A stretch of 64,000 nucleotides of DNA from Picochlorum sp. SENEW3 (taxonomy: Eukaryota): NCBI GenBank assembly GCA_034226945.1, contig CP120463.1, positions 186,001 to 250,000 on the forward strand, written 5' to 3'. The first letter of the stretch is position 1; every line of letters starts with the position of its first letter. Made by a program: the position numbers and the translations under genes. This document shows, one piece after another, positions 45,832-58,002 of this stretch. Under the pieces are notes generated by a model that had not been told where the DNA came from, searched no databases, and saw only the letters and a program-made list of their open reading frames with translations.

Positions 45832-47376
45832 ATGGGGCAATATGGGACGACGAGAGTCTGTTTGACTTTCTATTCTGTTTTGTTCGCTCTCGTGGCCATT
45901 GCACAGTTGGGTACATGTGAAAGAATACTGCGAGTGAATTTGAGGAAGGCCCAACGGGTTTCGAATGGCGAAGAAGACGAATCTTTCCTGACGCGTGGGG
46001 CACCCCTCAGCGTAGGTGTGGAGCATATTGGTGACGAAGAGGGCGATCCAGTGGATTTAACTAATTATATGGACGCACAGTACTATGGTGAAATATCTTT
46101 GGGCACTCCAGGACAGACGTTCGGCGTTGTCTTCGATACTGGTAGTTCAAACCTTTGGGTTCCATCCTCCAAGTGTTCATGGTGGAGCATAGCCTGCTAC
46201 ACCCACAACAAGTACTACGCCGAAAAGTCAAGTACGTACCAGGAAGATGGGCGCGAGTTTTCAATTGAATACGGGAGCGGATCTTTGGATGGCTTCTTCT
46301 CTCAGGATACCCTCCATATTGGTGATTTGGATGTGGAGAAGCAAGTGTTTGCAGAGGCAGTGAATGAACCAAGTTTGTCTTTTATTGCTGCATCCTTTGA
46401 TGGTATCATGGGAATGGGATTTCCTGAGATATCTGTTGGCAAAGTGCAACCACCGTTCCAGAACATGCTGGAGCAAGGGCTGATTGAGGAGCCTGTGTTT
46501 AGTTTCTGGTTGAATCGGGATGAAGATGATATGCAGGGAGGGGAAATGATCTTGGGCGGCGTGGATCCAAAGCATTTTGTGGGAGAGCATACGTGGGCAA
46601 AGGTAACGAGAAGGGGATTTTGGCAGTTTGGTATGGATGGGATATCAGTGGCTGGTTCCGAGGAGTTTTGCTCAGGCAGTTGCCAGGCCATTGCTGATAC
46701 TGGGACAAGCTTGCTTGCTGGTCCAACTGATGAGGTTGAAAAGCTGAACAAGATAATAGGAGGAACGTCTGTTGTAGTGGAACAATGCAAAGAAGCAGTC
46801 CGGGAATACTTGCCACAAATTTTGGATATTATTGACAACACGCCTGCACCAGCTGTTTGTTCCGCAATAGGAATGTGTGGTGGAGATGCTAAGAAGAAAA
46901 GTATGCCAGCGAGTTTCAGGAGATCGTTGAGTATGGTAGAGAAGAGATATAAGAAAGTCATGCCGAAGCAAGATGATGATACCATGTGCAAAACATGTCA
47001 ATATGTTGTCGAGTTTGTCCAGTCAGCACTGTCTGGTAACCAGACAGAGGAAGAATTGGAAGAAATTTTGGATATTGCTTGCGATCAGGCCGAGGCAGTC
47101 AGCCCAGGAGGACCAGCTATGATAGATTGTAAACGCCTTGGTGACATGCCGAATGTTGACTTTACAATCTCTGGTAAAGCCTTCACGCTCACTCCTGAGC
47201 AGTATGTTCTGCAACTTGAGGGAATGGGGAAGAAGCAATGTATCAGTGGCTTCATAGGGCTCGATGTTCCAAAGCCCCTAGGTCCACTATGGATCTTGGG
47301 AGACAATTTCATCGGCGCATATCATACAGTATTTGACTATGGGAATGAGCGAGTTGGCTTTGCCGAAGCGTCTTGA
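45832..47376 (+). CDS. Phytepsin-type aspartic protease with saposin-like plant-specific insert
   Basis: FDTGSSNLW and ADTGTS catalytic motifs, Cys-patterned insert, WILGD, signal peptide. Confidence 0.95.
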   Translation: MGQYGTTRVCLTFYSVLFALVAIAQLGTCERILRVNLRKAQRVSNGEEDESFLTRGAPLSVGVEHIGDEEGDPVDLTNYMDAQYYGEISLGTPGQTFGVVFDTGSSNLWVPSSKCSWWSIACYTHNKYYAEKSSTYQEDGREFSIEYGSGSLDGFFSQDTLHIGDLDVEKQVFAEAVNEPSLSFIAASFDGIMGMGFPEISVGKVQPPFQNMLEQGLIEEPVFSFWLNRDEDDMQGGEMILGGVDPKHFVGEHTWAKVTRRGFWQFGMDGISVAGSEEFCSGSCQAIADTGTSLLAGPTDEVEKLNKIIGGTSVVVEQCKEAVREYLPQILDIIDNTPAPAVCSAIGMCGGDAKKKSMPASFRRSLSMVEKRYKKVMPKQDDDTMCKTCQYVVEFVQSALSGNQTEEELEEILDIACDQAEAVSPGGPAMIDCKRLGDMPNVDFTISGKAFTLTPEQYVLQLEGMGKKQCISGFIGLDVPKPLGPLWILGDNFIGAYHTVFDYGNERVGFAEAS

Positions 47377-47387
47377 ATCCTTTACAA

Positions 47388-47936
47388 TCACAATTGATCC
47401 TCTGTAATATACAATACCTCACTAAAACCAACAATACCTACAATAAATGTCTTCAATCCTCTAGACAGGTACGTCTTTTCACCCCGACGTTTCGAAATAG
47501 AAGCTGCCCCAATACCAAGACCCCCATGGATCACGACAGAGATGATGGCAAATTGCCGAAGAAACTCCTCCTGGCTCTTTGATATGATCCCAATTCTGCT
47601 CCAGTCACCACTATATGCTGCATCGATGTACATCAAAATTAATACGCAGATCATCGCTGGAATATACACCGTCACAGACTTTTTTATCAGCGGATTAGTC
47701 AGGTCAAGACCAAAAGGCACTTTGGTGTCTATTACTTGTGCTGCTTGAGATTTGCTTCGAGATTTTGATACCTTGTTCTTCGCCATACAAATAATTGAAA
47801 TTCGTCCAATGCCTCGTACATGTCGATCTGAAGAAACTCGACACCGTGGGAACTGCGTTTGGAGAGTGGTGAGGCCACGTGCCTCTGACAAAGGCGTGGT
47901 TCTGCCAACGAGATTGGATAAAACTGATACCATCAC
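47388..47936 (-). CDS. Unknown, probably plastid membrane protein
   Basis: Transit-like N-terminus, about three TM segments, DAAYSGDWSRIG motif. Confidence 0.7.
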   Translation of the reverse strand: MMVSVLSNLVGRTTPLSEARGLTTLQTQFPRCRVSSDRHVRGIGRISIICMAKNKVSKSRSKSQAAQVIDTKVPFGLDLTNPLIKKSVTVYIPAMICVLILMYIDAAYSGDWSRIGIISKSQEEFLRQFAIISVVIHGGLGIGAASISKRRGEKTYLSRGLKTFIVGIVGFSEVLYITEDQL

Positions 47937-48290
47937 GATGGTGAATTACAAAAGAATAATGATTTGTGCACTTTCTAGCCCAAAATCATTTGACTACCAC
48001 TGCCGATGCATTTTCGTTGAATGGCGGAGCAATCTTTGTGGGAAACATATCGTTTCATTCGTGACATCACGCATGTTGCAGCGAAATCGAAAGTCAGGCG
48101 ACCATCAACGTGGCTGCTGTACCGTACTCTCAGTTGTAGCGAGAAAGGGTCCTCCGAAAGCTCCATGACCCAATATCTGTTAAGGAATTGAAAGAAATGC
48201 AAAGCAAGATACGCATATGGTGTTCATACGTGCTATCGAGGAGAATCCATCTGGTTTTGTGTGCTACGAGCGATCCAACCTACCCTAACC

Positions 48291-49847
48291 ATGGCTGTTG
48301 CCTGGTTGGTGCGGTTTTTGTTTTTGACTCTACCGTTCTTTGCATCACTGTGTCAGGGCAGACTGTCATCTCGGCCCAGGAGATTCGTTAGACATTATCA
48401 CAATGGCCATCACAAGGGTACGGGTGCTTCCGATTTGATTGATAGATGCAGGCTAGAATGGTACAGTGCCACCCTGGACCATTTTAGCTTCTCCCAGCAT
48501 AAAAAGGCAGATGAGAGCACATTTAAACTTCGATATTACATCTGTGATGAGTATTACAAGAAAAGAGGAGGTTCGCTATTTGTATATCTTGGAAATGAGG
48601 CAGATGTCACGTTGTATTTGAACAATACTGGGTTAATGTGGGAGTCAGCTGAAAGACATCATGCCATGCTTGTGTTTTTGGAGCACCGATTTTATGGCAA
48701 ATCAAAGCCTTATCCTGCTCGGAAGTTGGGAAATCACATGAAATATTTGACGACGGAACAAGCAATGGCTGATTATGCAAATATCATTCATCATCTAAAG
48801 GCAAATGTGCTTGAGGATGTTGAGGTGCCTGTGATTGGTTTTGGCGGGAGCTATGGAGGCATGCTGTGCACTTATTTTAGGTTAAAATATCCTTCACTGA
48901 TGGATGGAGCTATTGCTGCAAGTGCACCTATTTGGACGTATTTTGGTGAAGGGTATGATAGAGGCAGCTTTGCCAAAATTGTGACCCATGATGCTTCTAT
49001 TACTAATGCCCACTGTGCGCCAAATGTGCGACGATCATGGGACATTATGATGAATACATTTGGAACAACGAAATCGGGGAGAGATATACTCGGTAAAACA
49101 GTCAAGGTGTGCTCGGCTTTGGAGAATGAAGAGGATGTGAAAGATCTTGTGGACATCTTTGCTGAATCTTGGGATTATTTGGCCATGGGCAATTTCCCAT
49201 ACGAATCAGCGTACATTATTGATGGCGAGGGTATGCTACCAGCGTATCCAGTGAAAGCAGCATGTGAGTATCTGAATGAGGAGTTTGATAGCGACGAAGA
49301 GCTTGTGAGCGCCTTGGCAAAGGCTGTGGGTGTGTACTATAACTTCTCTGGGTCTCTATCATGCTATGATATTCATGCACCACCATCATCAGAGACAGAA
49401 AACTTTTGGAGTTATCAGTTCTGCACAGAGCATTTCATGCCAATGGAAAGGGATGGCATTCATGATATGTTCTATGATCAATTCTTCAACACAACTGCAG
49501 AGATTGAAGCATGCCAGAATATGTGGGGTGTCCATCCAGACACAAACCGAGGACTCGTCGAGTGGCAAGGGAAACATATTTTAGAATTTTTATCAAATGT
49601 CGTCTTCTCCAACGGTCTGTTGGACCCATGGTCCGGTGGAGGGGTCCTGCAGATTCCTGCAGAGCTTCAGAGGAGGAATAATCTTCGAACAGTCATCATC
49701 CCAGAGGGAGCACATCACCTTGATCTCATGTTTTCCAACCCAAAAGATCCTGAATCTGTCATTCATGCTAGGAGAGTGGAGAACGATATGATTGCGTCAT
49801 GGATACGTGAGAAATCGATGATTACATCATCATTCTCGGAACAGTGA
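48291..49847 (+). CDS. Peptidase S28 Pro-X carboxypeptidase (PRCP-like)
   Basis: LDHF, GNEA, EHRFYGKS, GGSYGGML, NGLLDPWSGGG, GAHHLDL. Confidence 0.93.
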   Translation: MAVAWLVRFLFLTLPFFASLCQGRLSSRPRRFVRHYHNGHHKGTGASDLIDRCRLEWYSATLDHFSFSQHKKADESTFKLRYYICDEYYKKRGGSLFVYLGNEADVTLYLNNTGLMWESAERHHAMLVFLEHRFYGKSKPYPARKLGNHMKYLTTEQAMADYANIIHHLKANVLEDVEVPVIGFGGSYGGMLCTYFRLKYPSLMDGAIAASAPIWTYFGEGYDRGSFAKIVTHDASITNAHCAPNVRRSWDIMMNTFGTTKSGRDILGKTVKVCSALENEEDVKDLVDIFAESWDYLAMGNFPYESAYIIDGEGMLPAYPVKAACEYLNEEFDSDEELVSALAKAVGVYYNFSGSLSCYDIHAPPSSETENFWSYQFCTEHFMPMERDGIHDMFYDQFFNTTAEIEACQNMWGVHPDTNRGLVEWQGKHILEFLSNVVFSNGLLDPWSGGGVLQIPAELQRRNNLRTVIIPEGAHHLDLMFSNPKDPESVIHARRVENDMIASWIREKSMITSSFSEQ

Positions 49848-49901
49848 GTGAGAAAAATACCGTTTTCAATGCTTTTACACAAAATATTTCATGATGCTCA
49901 A

Positions 49902-50429
49902 CTACTTCTTTGACGGCTGCTTATCAAGATCACTTGGTAAACTTTGGAAAGGTGAAATAAATGAAGACGAGTCCCCTTTCACCCGCCGTGGGCTAGGCCC
50001 ATCTATTCTGACCTCTGAATTAGGATCGACATCAATCTGCAACCAGTAATTTATCCCCTTCTCCAGTCTCATATGACACCCACCCTGCTCCAAATCTCTT
50101 TCGTATCGTGCAATGACACGGTGTACGCTGTCTACCCATTCACCATAGTCCCCTGCATCGGGATTCATGCAGCAAACCCCCATGACACTTCCTACTGCAG
50201 TACACAGAGCCCAACCCCCAACGTCTTTTGCCCCTGGTCTCTGCACGTACGGATGCTCCTTCGCAAGCAAATCTACATCAGACATTAGATTCTCCCATGT
50301 TTTTGAAGCAACTCTTCCTTTTAACTGATAGGGCACCGTTTCTGGACTATGATTAAACCGAATAACTCGTCCCACCTTGGGATCCGAGCTCTTGGCGAAC
50401 TCTATGACGACCCGAACGGAAGTTTCCAT
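49902..50429 (-). CDS. Unknown protein, weakly Golgin A7/ERF4-like
   Basis: 175-aa ORF with a Cys-containing hydrophobic stretch; the family guess is weak. Confidence 0.5.
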   Translation of the reverse strand: METSVRVVIEFAKSSDPKVGRVIRFNHSPETVPYQLKGRVASKTWENLMSDVDLLAKEHPYVQRPGAKDVGGWALCTAVGSVMGVCCMNPDAGDYGEWVDSVHRVIARYERDLEQGGCHMRLEKGINYWLQIDVDPNSEVRIDGPSPRRVKGDSSSFISPFQSLPSDLDKQPSKK

Positions 50430-50647
50430 CCTCTGGTGATTTTTTTAATGAATTTGACCTCGTCTCGTCGCATACACAGAAGCAACCAGGAAGAATTTCC
50501 GAAGATTTCTGGCAAGAAGCATTGTTGTTCTATATCGCAAATAAGGAAGTCTGTTTCGGCAGATGCTGCGTGCTTGATGGGTATAGTCCTCATCATGCTC
50601 TAATACAATGCTTATAGATAAGATTCATTCGTAAATTCGCCCTGCGG

Positions 50648-53600
50648 ATGGATCTAAATAGGATTCTTCAGACGTTGACGGTTGCCCAGGAGGTTGGGGC
50701 GACAGTAGAGGACCGTCGAGCTGAAGTAGCATTGTTTGACGAGGTATGTGCCTGAATTATAGGAATGGATAGATATTTAATCATTTCATGGGGCCAAATG
50801 TGACTAGAGATGTGTGTGAATGTAGCTAAGGAACCATGGTAATGTACAATCAGTGCTGCAAATTGGAGCAGAGTTGACGACGAATGCATCTTTGTTGGTC
50901 CAAGCTCAGCTTATGGGATATGCAGTTCTGCAATATGTTGCTGGAAATAGATGGAACGAGCTTGGTGCTGCTGAAAGGGAGTCTCTGCTGGCTTTGTGTT
51001 TCAGGTTGTTGGAACAGTTTACGACAAGCTCAACAGCCGCTGCACAGCAGGATGATACTGCTCGCATGGGAGCGATATCGTACGCTTTGAGAAGCAAGTG
51101 TAGTGTTTTGTTTGCACTGGTCATTAAGAGACATGGAGCGGCGTATACAAATAAGTCTCTTCGAAGGCTAATCCAGGATGCTGTTGCCATGGAGCACCAG
51201 AATGGCCCTGGGAGCAGGCAACATGTTGAAGAAAGCTTATCTATCTATCAATCTATTGTTTGTATGATATTTAGATACTTGGGGGACGAGGTGTATCAAT
51301 TTGCTGGGGATATGACCGGGGATCATGCAAGAGACATGCTAGCATCCATGGCATCATGGATACCAGAAATATTGAGATTTACAGAGAGTGTGATAGAAAG
51401 AAACTACAAGATATACATACGAGATAACAAGCATAATAAGAATGCTCATTTCGCAGTGAAAAGTGCCCTGGAAAACTCAATTTTGTTTGCTGAAGTGGCA
51501 CCAGCAAGTTCAATGCATGCAAGCGGTCTGATCAAAGCAGCTGGATATTTCATCATTCAAAACGTGGAAGAATTCAAAAGTTTAGGTTCTTTGGTGCTTC
51601 GAAATGTTGGACTGCGTAAACAGACGAGTGATGAGAAAACTGAAAATTTCACTCTTGCAATGCAAGAAGTCGGCATGTTCCTGACAAACATTGCCTCACA
51701 GTTGCTTTCGAATAATCCTGAAGACAGGTTAGGGTTTGAAGGAGAAGACGAGGAGTTTGGATTCGAGGTCTTGGATGCAATGGTGGCTCTTGGCAAAACC
51801 CATCTGTTACTGGCATTTCCTGATGATGCTAGTCGATTTGCTTTCCTGCAGCAAATGTTATCCTTTGCGAAGCTCTCTTATCTTCCTTTAGCTGAGAAGT
51901 CGCTTGAGTTGTGGGTGAAATTATTACAAGATTCAGCAGTGGCAGCGACCGCAGCATCATCATCTCATGAAAGAAATGTTTTGCCATCAGAAGCTGTTCT
52001 TGTGCTCATGCAGCTGGCAGCAGAGCAGCTTCAACAAAGGCATTCAAGGGTGCCTCAGATAGACGACGAAATTCCCATTTTTTTCGACGACTTTGAAGAG
52101 TACAAAGATTTTATGGTGGGCTACAGGCTCAAATTATCATCCATTGTTAGGTCAGCCGCAGCAACATTACCAGAGCAAGCACTACAGACCACTGTTGAAC
52201 GATTGAATGAAGCCCTGAATCTAGCAAAGGTGCATCATGTAGACAAAGCATCCATTGAAAATTGTAGGGCAGTTTTTGAGGCTGCTGCATTGTTTTCTGA
52301 GAGCACTGTGAAGGCAGTATGGGAAGCTGTCAATGCCAAAGATCTCACGGAAGAGGCACGAGGAGCCAGAAGACAAGCTTTTTGTGCGAGTATAGAACCA
52401 GTGTATTCCGCTGCCATACAGTTGAGAGTCTCAGATCCAAAAGTGTTGACTAGCTTGGCAAGAGCCCTGGGGTCCTTTTCAAGACTCCTAACACTCAGAC
52501 CGGTATTGGCACAGGATGCAATCTCTAATCTATTGGATATTCTAGTCAACTGTATTCCTCTAACCCCAGGAGAGGGTGAGACTCCCCCGCCTCTTCCCTC
52601 AGTAGTTTGGAGAGAAGGTGCTCATGCTCGTTCGGCCATTGCTACAGTCTTTCTGGATTATTGCAAGTTCTGTCAAGATGGATTTCTTCCCCATGTTGAG
52701 AGTATTGCAGGAAAAGTGACACAGCTATACGAAAGTGGCAGACTGAGGCCGGGAGAAAGGAATTCAATTGTAGAAGGTTTAGTGATTGCTTGCACAGCAG
52801 GGACGATAGATCAGCAAGAAACTGTGATAAACTGGTCCTTGGCATCTATCAAATCCTCATGGATGTCAAGCAGTGTGCAGCAGACAATATCGACTGTTCA
52901 GAATTTTGTCGCAACATATCTCCCTGTGTATATGGAAGGCAACGAGGTTAGAGTAGGAGGGGCAAAAGAAAGATACACGTTATATCACCACCTCCATATG
53001 ATTGAGAGACTCTTGAAGCGCTTGACGATAGAATCCTCAAGAGAAATTCTTGCCAAACACATGGAGTGGGTGGTGCCATTCGCATTTCAGTTATTATCCT
53101 GTCTGAATGGCTTACAAACTCAACAAGGCAGATCACTGATGGGGGCTGCATCCGCTGCTATAGACATGAGCCCACAAGAAAAAGCGCATTACTTGAGAAA
53201 AGGACCTATACGAATGCACTCTACCCCGGGTGATTCTGATGCCGGAGATTATTCAACAGTAGGCGGGGCAACAGTAGCCAGTGCAAGGGCTTGGATTCGC
53301 CACCAACTGGAATTTGTCTGTCATGCCTTGGGTCTCCTTCCATCGGTCGTTCCAACTGCTCTTTCTTTTCCTGGTTTATCTGATCCAATGGCCTCATCAA
53401 TTTTCTCAAATCTAGACAGCATTGACCACAAGCACCTTAGAATCATTTTGAGGCATGTCATGGTCCCATTTGTGAAGTCATGTCCAGAGCCATACATCCA
53501 CTCCTGGGTTATCCCTCCTTTATCTGTACTTGCTCCACATATGAAAGAAAGGCTTGCGAAAGCATGGCAAACGTTGAACCTGGAAGTCTCTGAGAGTCTC

Positions 53601-54371
53601 TCTTCTTTCCACACAACCCATCAAGGTGCTGCTGCAACATCGTCACAAGCTGTTACTGACGAAGATGTGATTCACGACAGAATAGTGAGGGAACTATCTC
53701 AAGAATATGCTGATCTTCTTAAGGAAATTGCCGCAAGGCAACTGGAAGAGCAATCAGGCTTTGGTCAGCAGAAGATGACTCTGTTGCAGAAATTCCTCAT
53801 GGCTGACCCAACAGGAGGCATTGCCGCTGCCGGAGCAGCAGTAGAAGGAATGCTACGACCAGATGAAGCAGCATATAAATTTGCAGCCTTCTGCAGAGCC
53901 CTTGTATGCCTCGCTCCTGCTGATGCGGCTCTGTACAACTATGTGGGATCTGAGATTCTCTACAATGGCATATCTTCTCTCTCATTGGAAGTCATGTCCA
54001 TACACCAGGCTGAAATTCTTGGAATGATACGGTTAATCATAGTACAACAAATTGAAGACCCCCAATCCCAGGTACACACAGTATTGACAATGCTCCCTGG
54101 TGTTGGCCCCACACAAATTGCCTCATTCGTCTCTTCCATGAAAAGCACTGGAAGCGAAAAAGAGCAGAGAAATCATGTCAAGCAATTCCTCCTCAATTCA
54201 GCAGGAACAGGATCCTTTGCTGCCCTAGCAAATTGGAAACCTCCAGGAGGAGCAACAGCTGTCCAAGGAATCAAGCAACGCGGGTCTAGGGCTAAAAAGA
54301 CTCCACAACAAGCAGAAGCAGATGATGTATTACAAGGGGAGATAACCAGGCATCTCTTCGACTCAACCTAA
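50648..54371 (+). CDS. Exportin-5/HASTY-like karyopherin (intron 50744-50825)
   Basis: About 1200-aa helical protein; importin-beta-like N-terminus (NRWNEL), FFDDFEEY, ARAWIRH, SEKEQRNHVKQFL resembling the HASTY C-terminus. Confidence 0.78.
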
Positions 54372-54819
54372 CAATTATTTATGCATACGGATCTGTAAAT
54401 CATATGCACACCAGTACATGATGCCCACTGTCATAAGACTCATGTGAGGCACAGCATTCATGATTAGGTTGAGCAGCTGCCCTTGGCCATGGCCATGGCA
54501 ACGAGATCCTCATCCACTCGAGAGAGCTCTCTCCAACGAGATGAAAATCCTCAAGTGTCCTCGCCAGCCCCGAGTGCGACCATTCTTTCATTTTTTTTCT
54601 CATTTTTGTACATTGTTTACCCACAAACTTTGATGTATCCATTCGAACGCTTATTTGCGTCGCAGCAATTGCGCAGTTTGTCAAAGTTGTAAGCGCGCCG
54701 CAAGAAATAGGCATTTGAAGGGAAATTTTACCTTGTTGAACTACTAATATATCATATTATCCCAAGGAGTGGGTGTCCAACGGAAAGACGTCGCCGCAAA
54801 GGGGTTTGACGATTGCAAA

Positions 54820-56472
54820 ATGTGCAATGATTTGGTCCCTTTGGGATCGAGTCTGCCAAAAACTAATATAGAAGAATTAAAGAAAAGTCCTATTACAGGA
54901 ATGGTTGACTCTGGGAGTGAAGTCGGAAAGGCTGATACCCATGGCGCTAGGAACGATTCCAATAGAGTGGGCGTTCAGGAGGTGGAGAATTACACTGATA
55001 GCTTATTTTATAAGCCAGTTGATATTTACGGAAACTCTAGGCAAGTGGATGGCGAGAAAGAGGGTGAGCTCTCTCAAGGTGGTCTCGAGGGTGTGGTGGA
55101 GGGAGGGAATGATGCTTCAGAGGATGTGACATGGGAGCAGGAGAACAACTCTGGTTCGAAGAGAGTGAGTATGGAGGCAGCTCCTTATGATTTCAATGAT
55201 CCCATGTTCTCGACTGATGAGTTCAGAGTATGGGAGATGAAGATTCGAAGCTGTCCAAAGTCTCGTCCACACGACTGGACAATGTGTCCATTTGCGCATC
55301 CAGGAGAGAAGGCGAAAAGGCGTGATCCAAGGGTGTTTAATTACTGTGGAACAGCCTGTGCCGAGTATCGAAAATCTGGGACCTGTGCACGGGGAGATTC
55401 ATGCATGTATGCCCATGGTGTCTTTGAATGTTGGTTACATCCAAGTCGATACAGAACACAATTGTGCACTGACGGCGTGTCCTGTACGAGGCGGGTATGT
55501 TTCTTTGCGCACAGGGAGTGCGAATTACGAAAATCAGTCGGTGGTGTGATGCCCAGCATTCCATCCCCAGCACTTCATGCTGGGGGTTTGGACAGTCAGC
55601 CACGCAATGTATCAGGTGCTGCTCCTGATGCTCATGCAAGAGCTTTGACGTCTGCAATTCAAATGCTGGATCCATTGTCGAAGCAAACGCTTTTGGAGGC
55701 ATTACAGAACGACTTGCAATCACCGAATGTATCATCATCATTTTTTGGAACGAGTACTGCACATCAGAATGTCGATTTGAACAGTCAACAGATGCAAGGA
55801 CCTAATGCCCAGACTTTAATGGAGGCCATCCAACAGATGCATCTTGGGGTGCAGCCATCTCGCAGGAGTGTGGATGCCTCCGCGCCTCATCACCATGCCT
55901 CAGGTCTTCCTTTGTACAGTCATTATGTTGGCAATTCAAGCAGAAACTCTGTGGACATTGGATCTCTTTCTCGCGTGGGAGGGGCCAGCAGGTTTTCCGG
56001 GGAATATTCACACCATCAAATGTATACCCCACAAATGGGAGGTTTGAATGGAATTCAGACACATTCGAGACATCCTCCTGTCAGGAACAGTGTGGATATA
56101 GGCAGCTTGTATGACTCGAGCAATGTGTATGATTCCAGCCGACAGGTATTCCCACATGCGTATTCACAACCTCAACAACAGCATCAGGGAAATATTCTTG
56201 GTGGAAGGCCATCGTTCGCGGATGACCGCAGAATGAGTCTGAGTAAAATTGCAGAGCATGCAACTCAGGAAGAGGAGTCTGAAGGAACTGGCAGTGGTGG
56301 AAGCAGCTCCGTCAGCACTGTGATGCGATCAGCATATGATGGAAGTAGCTTCAGTATGGATGGAAGAAATGGATCCGATAAAAAACCGTTCCAGCGGGAA
56401 TTTTCGCTGGAAAACATTTTAGCCGAGCTTCCGAGAAGTGCCTCCCAAGTGGATCTATTACAGAATCAGTGA
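54820..56472 (+). CDS. RR-type tandem CCCH zinc-finger protein (TZF family)
   Basis: [31 protein letters not shown]8CX5CX3[22 protein letters not shown]; start uncertain. Confidence 0.9.
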   Translation: MCNDLVPLGSSLPKTNIEELKKSPITGMVDSGSEVGKADTHGARNDSNRVGVQEVENYTDSLFYKPVDIYGNSRQVDGEKEGELSQGGLEGVVEGGNDASEDVTWEQENNSGSKRVSMEAAPYDFNDPMFSTDEFRVWEMKIRSCPKSRPHDWTMCPFAHPGEKAKRRDPRVFNYCGTACAEYRKSGTCARGDSCMYAHGVFECWLHPSRYRTQLCTDGVSCTRRVCFFAHRECELRKSVGGVMPSIPSPALHAGGLDSQPRNVSGAAPDAHARALTSAIQMLDPLSKQTLLEALQNDLQSPNVSSSFFGTSTAHQNVDLNSQQMQGPNAQTLMEAIQQMHLGVQPSRRSVDASAPHHHASGLPLYSHYVGNSSRNSVDIGSLSRVGGASRFSGEYSHHQMYTPQMGGLNGIQTHSRHPPVRNSVDIGSLYDSSNVYDSSRQVFPHAYSQPQQQHQGNILGGRPSFADDRRMSLSKIAEHATQEEESEGTGSGGSSSVSTVMRSAYDGSSFSMDGRNGSDKKPFQREFSLENILAELPRSASQVDLLQNQ

Positions 56473-56763
56473 TTCTTCCCAAACCGCGAGAGCATTGTCG
56501 CAAATCAGTCAGAGCTGGAATGATATTTAGCTATTTGATACATATTTGAAGAAAGAATTCATGGAGTACCAGATGAGCATCGCATTTTTAATTTTTTGCT
56601 GGATGAATGATTTGATTTTTTGCAGACAGATCTTCCAAAGGTCTTGTGTTTTCCTGCAAACTATTTGATTTATTAATTATGAATCGTAACCATTAGTTCT
56701 TTATCGCAAAACCCATAGTATTACTCATTTAGCACTTGGATATTGAACACATGTTCGATACCC

Positions 56764-57970
56764 ATGGGATTTCTTCACGAGTTCTTTCCTTCTGGTCCCC
56801 CGCAGCCAGCTGAATGTCCATCTGATGACACTGTTGTTCATCATATACGTACATTGGTCCAATATGCGGCAAAGAATGGTACGCTGGTGCTCAAGTCGAA
56901 AGGTTTCAGCAAGTCTTTCTTCTACTTTTCCTTCTAATTATTGCGCTGCAGGTCCTTCCTTTATGGATCTGATAAGAAAGAATCAGTCGAATAATCCAGA
57001 ATACTCGTTTGCCTTCCAAGGAGACCCTGCGTATCCATACTTTTTGTATTCGCTGTGGCAAGAGGTGAAAGAAGAAGAAGCAAAGCCTCCTCCCCCTCCT
57101 CCTCCTCCTCGTCGTATGGAGGCGTTATCAGAGAGTTCCAAGGAGAATTGGATGAGGTTGCTGTCGCAGTTGAACGGGTCTGAGCTCTCTATTAAAAAGT
57201 GTCAGGGATGGTTCATGTCGTTTGCACAGTATGCCTCTGAACTCTGCTCCATCCTTGTGCAGGAGGCAATTGCATCACACGATGCAGATCACACTGTGAA
57301 TCTAATCCATCTGATTGACGATATTTTACAGCGACTTGTGGATTCTTCTTGTTCAGAGATGGTGAGGAAAGACGTAGTTGGAGCTTTTGGTGCTGAGATT
57401 CCACGGCTGGTGGAGATGAGCATGGAAGGCTTGGATGAGAGTCAGAGAAAGCAGCTTCTTGGGATTGTACAAAGCTGGGATACCAAACAGATATTTGACT
57501 CTGGTGTATTGAAAACTCTGTTGTCATATTTGGAAAGGGATCCACATTACTTTGACTCGCTTTCGGTTCCTGCAAGTCTTATTCCTCAGATGTGCAGAGA
57601 GAGTCTTGAGGTGTATCCTCCTTACTCTCCCCTGGACCCGGAGGATGTGAAAACGCACAATATTGCATCTTCTTCTACAATGGATGAATATTTAGAAGCC
57701 AGGATAAAAAGTTTTTATGATGTAGTGGGTGAGTACAGACCTGGCTTGTCTGTTGATGATTTGCATGTGGGAATTCCAAAGCTGCCCACATTCCAAAGGA
57801 CACCTCAGCCATCGTACGTGCCAACTGATGATGGTAGTTACCAAGGTGGTCGGGCTGGAAATGCCAAAGGTCTGGGCTACGGCAAGCAGGAGGGGACAGA
57901 TGGGGCATTTGATATGTACAGAAGGAGGAGTAAATACTCATCATACAAGGCAAACAAGGGACACGTCTGA
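56764..57970 (+). CDS. SWAP/SURP plus CID-domain protein, CHERP-like (intron 56879-56951)
   Basis: IRTLVQYAAKNGPSF..NPEYSF (SURP), poly-Pro, SIKKCQGW..LIHLIDDIL (CID), GLGY..FDMYRRR. Confidence 0.78.
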
Positions 57971-58002
57971 TTGTCTATCAGCTGTATTATTTATTAAATA
58001 AG

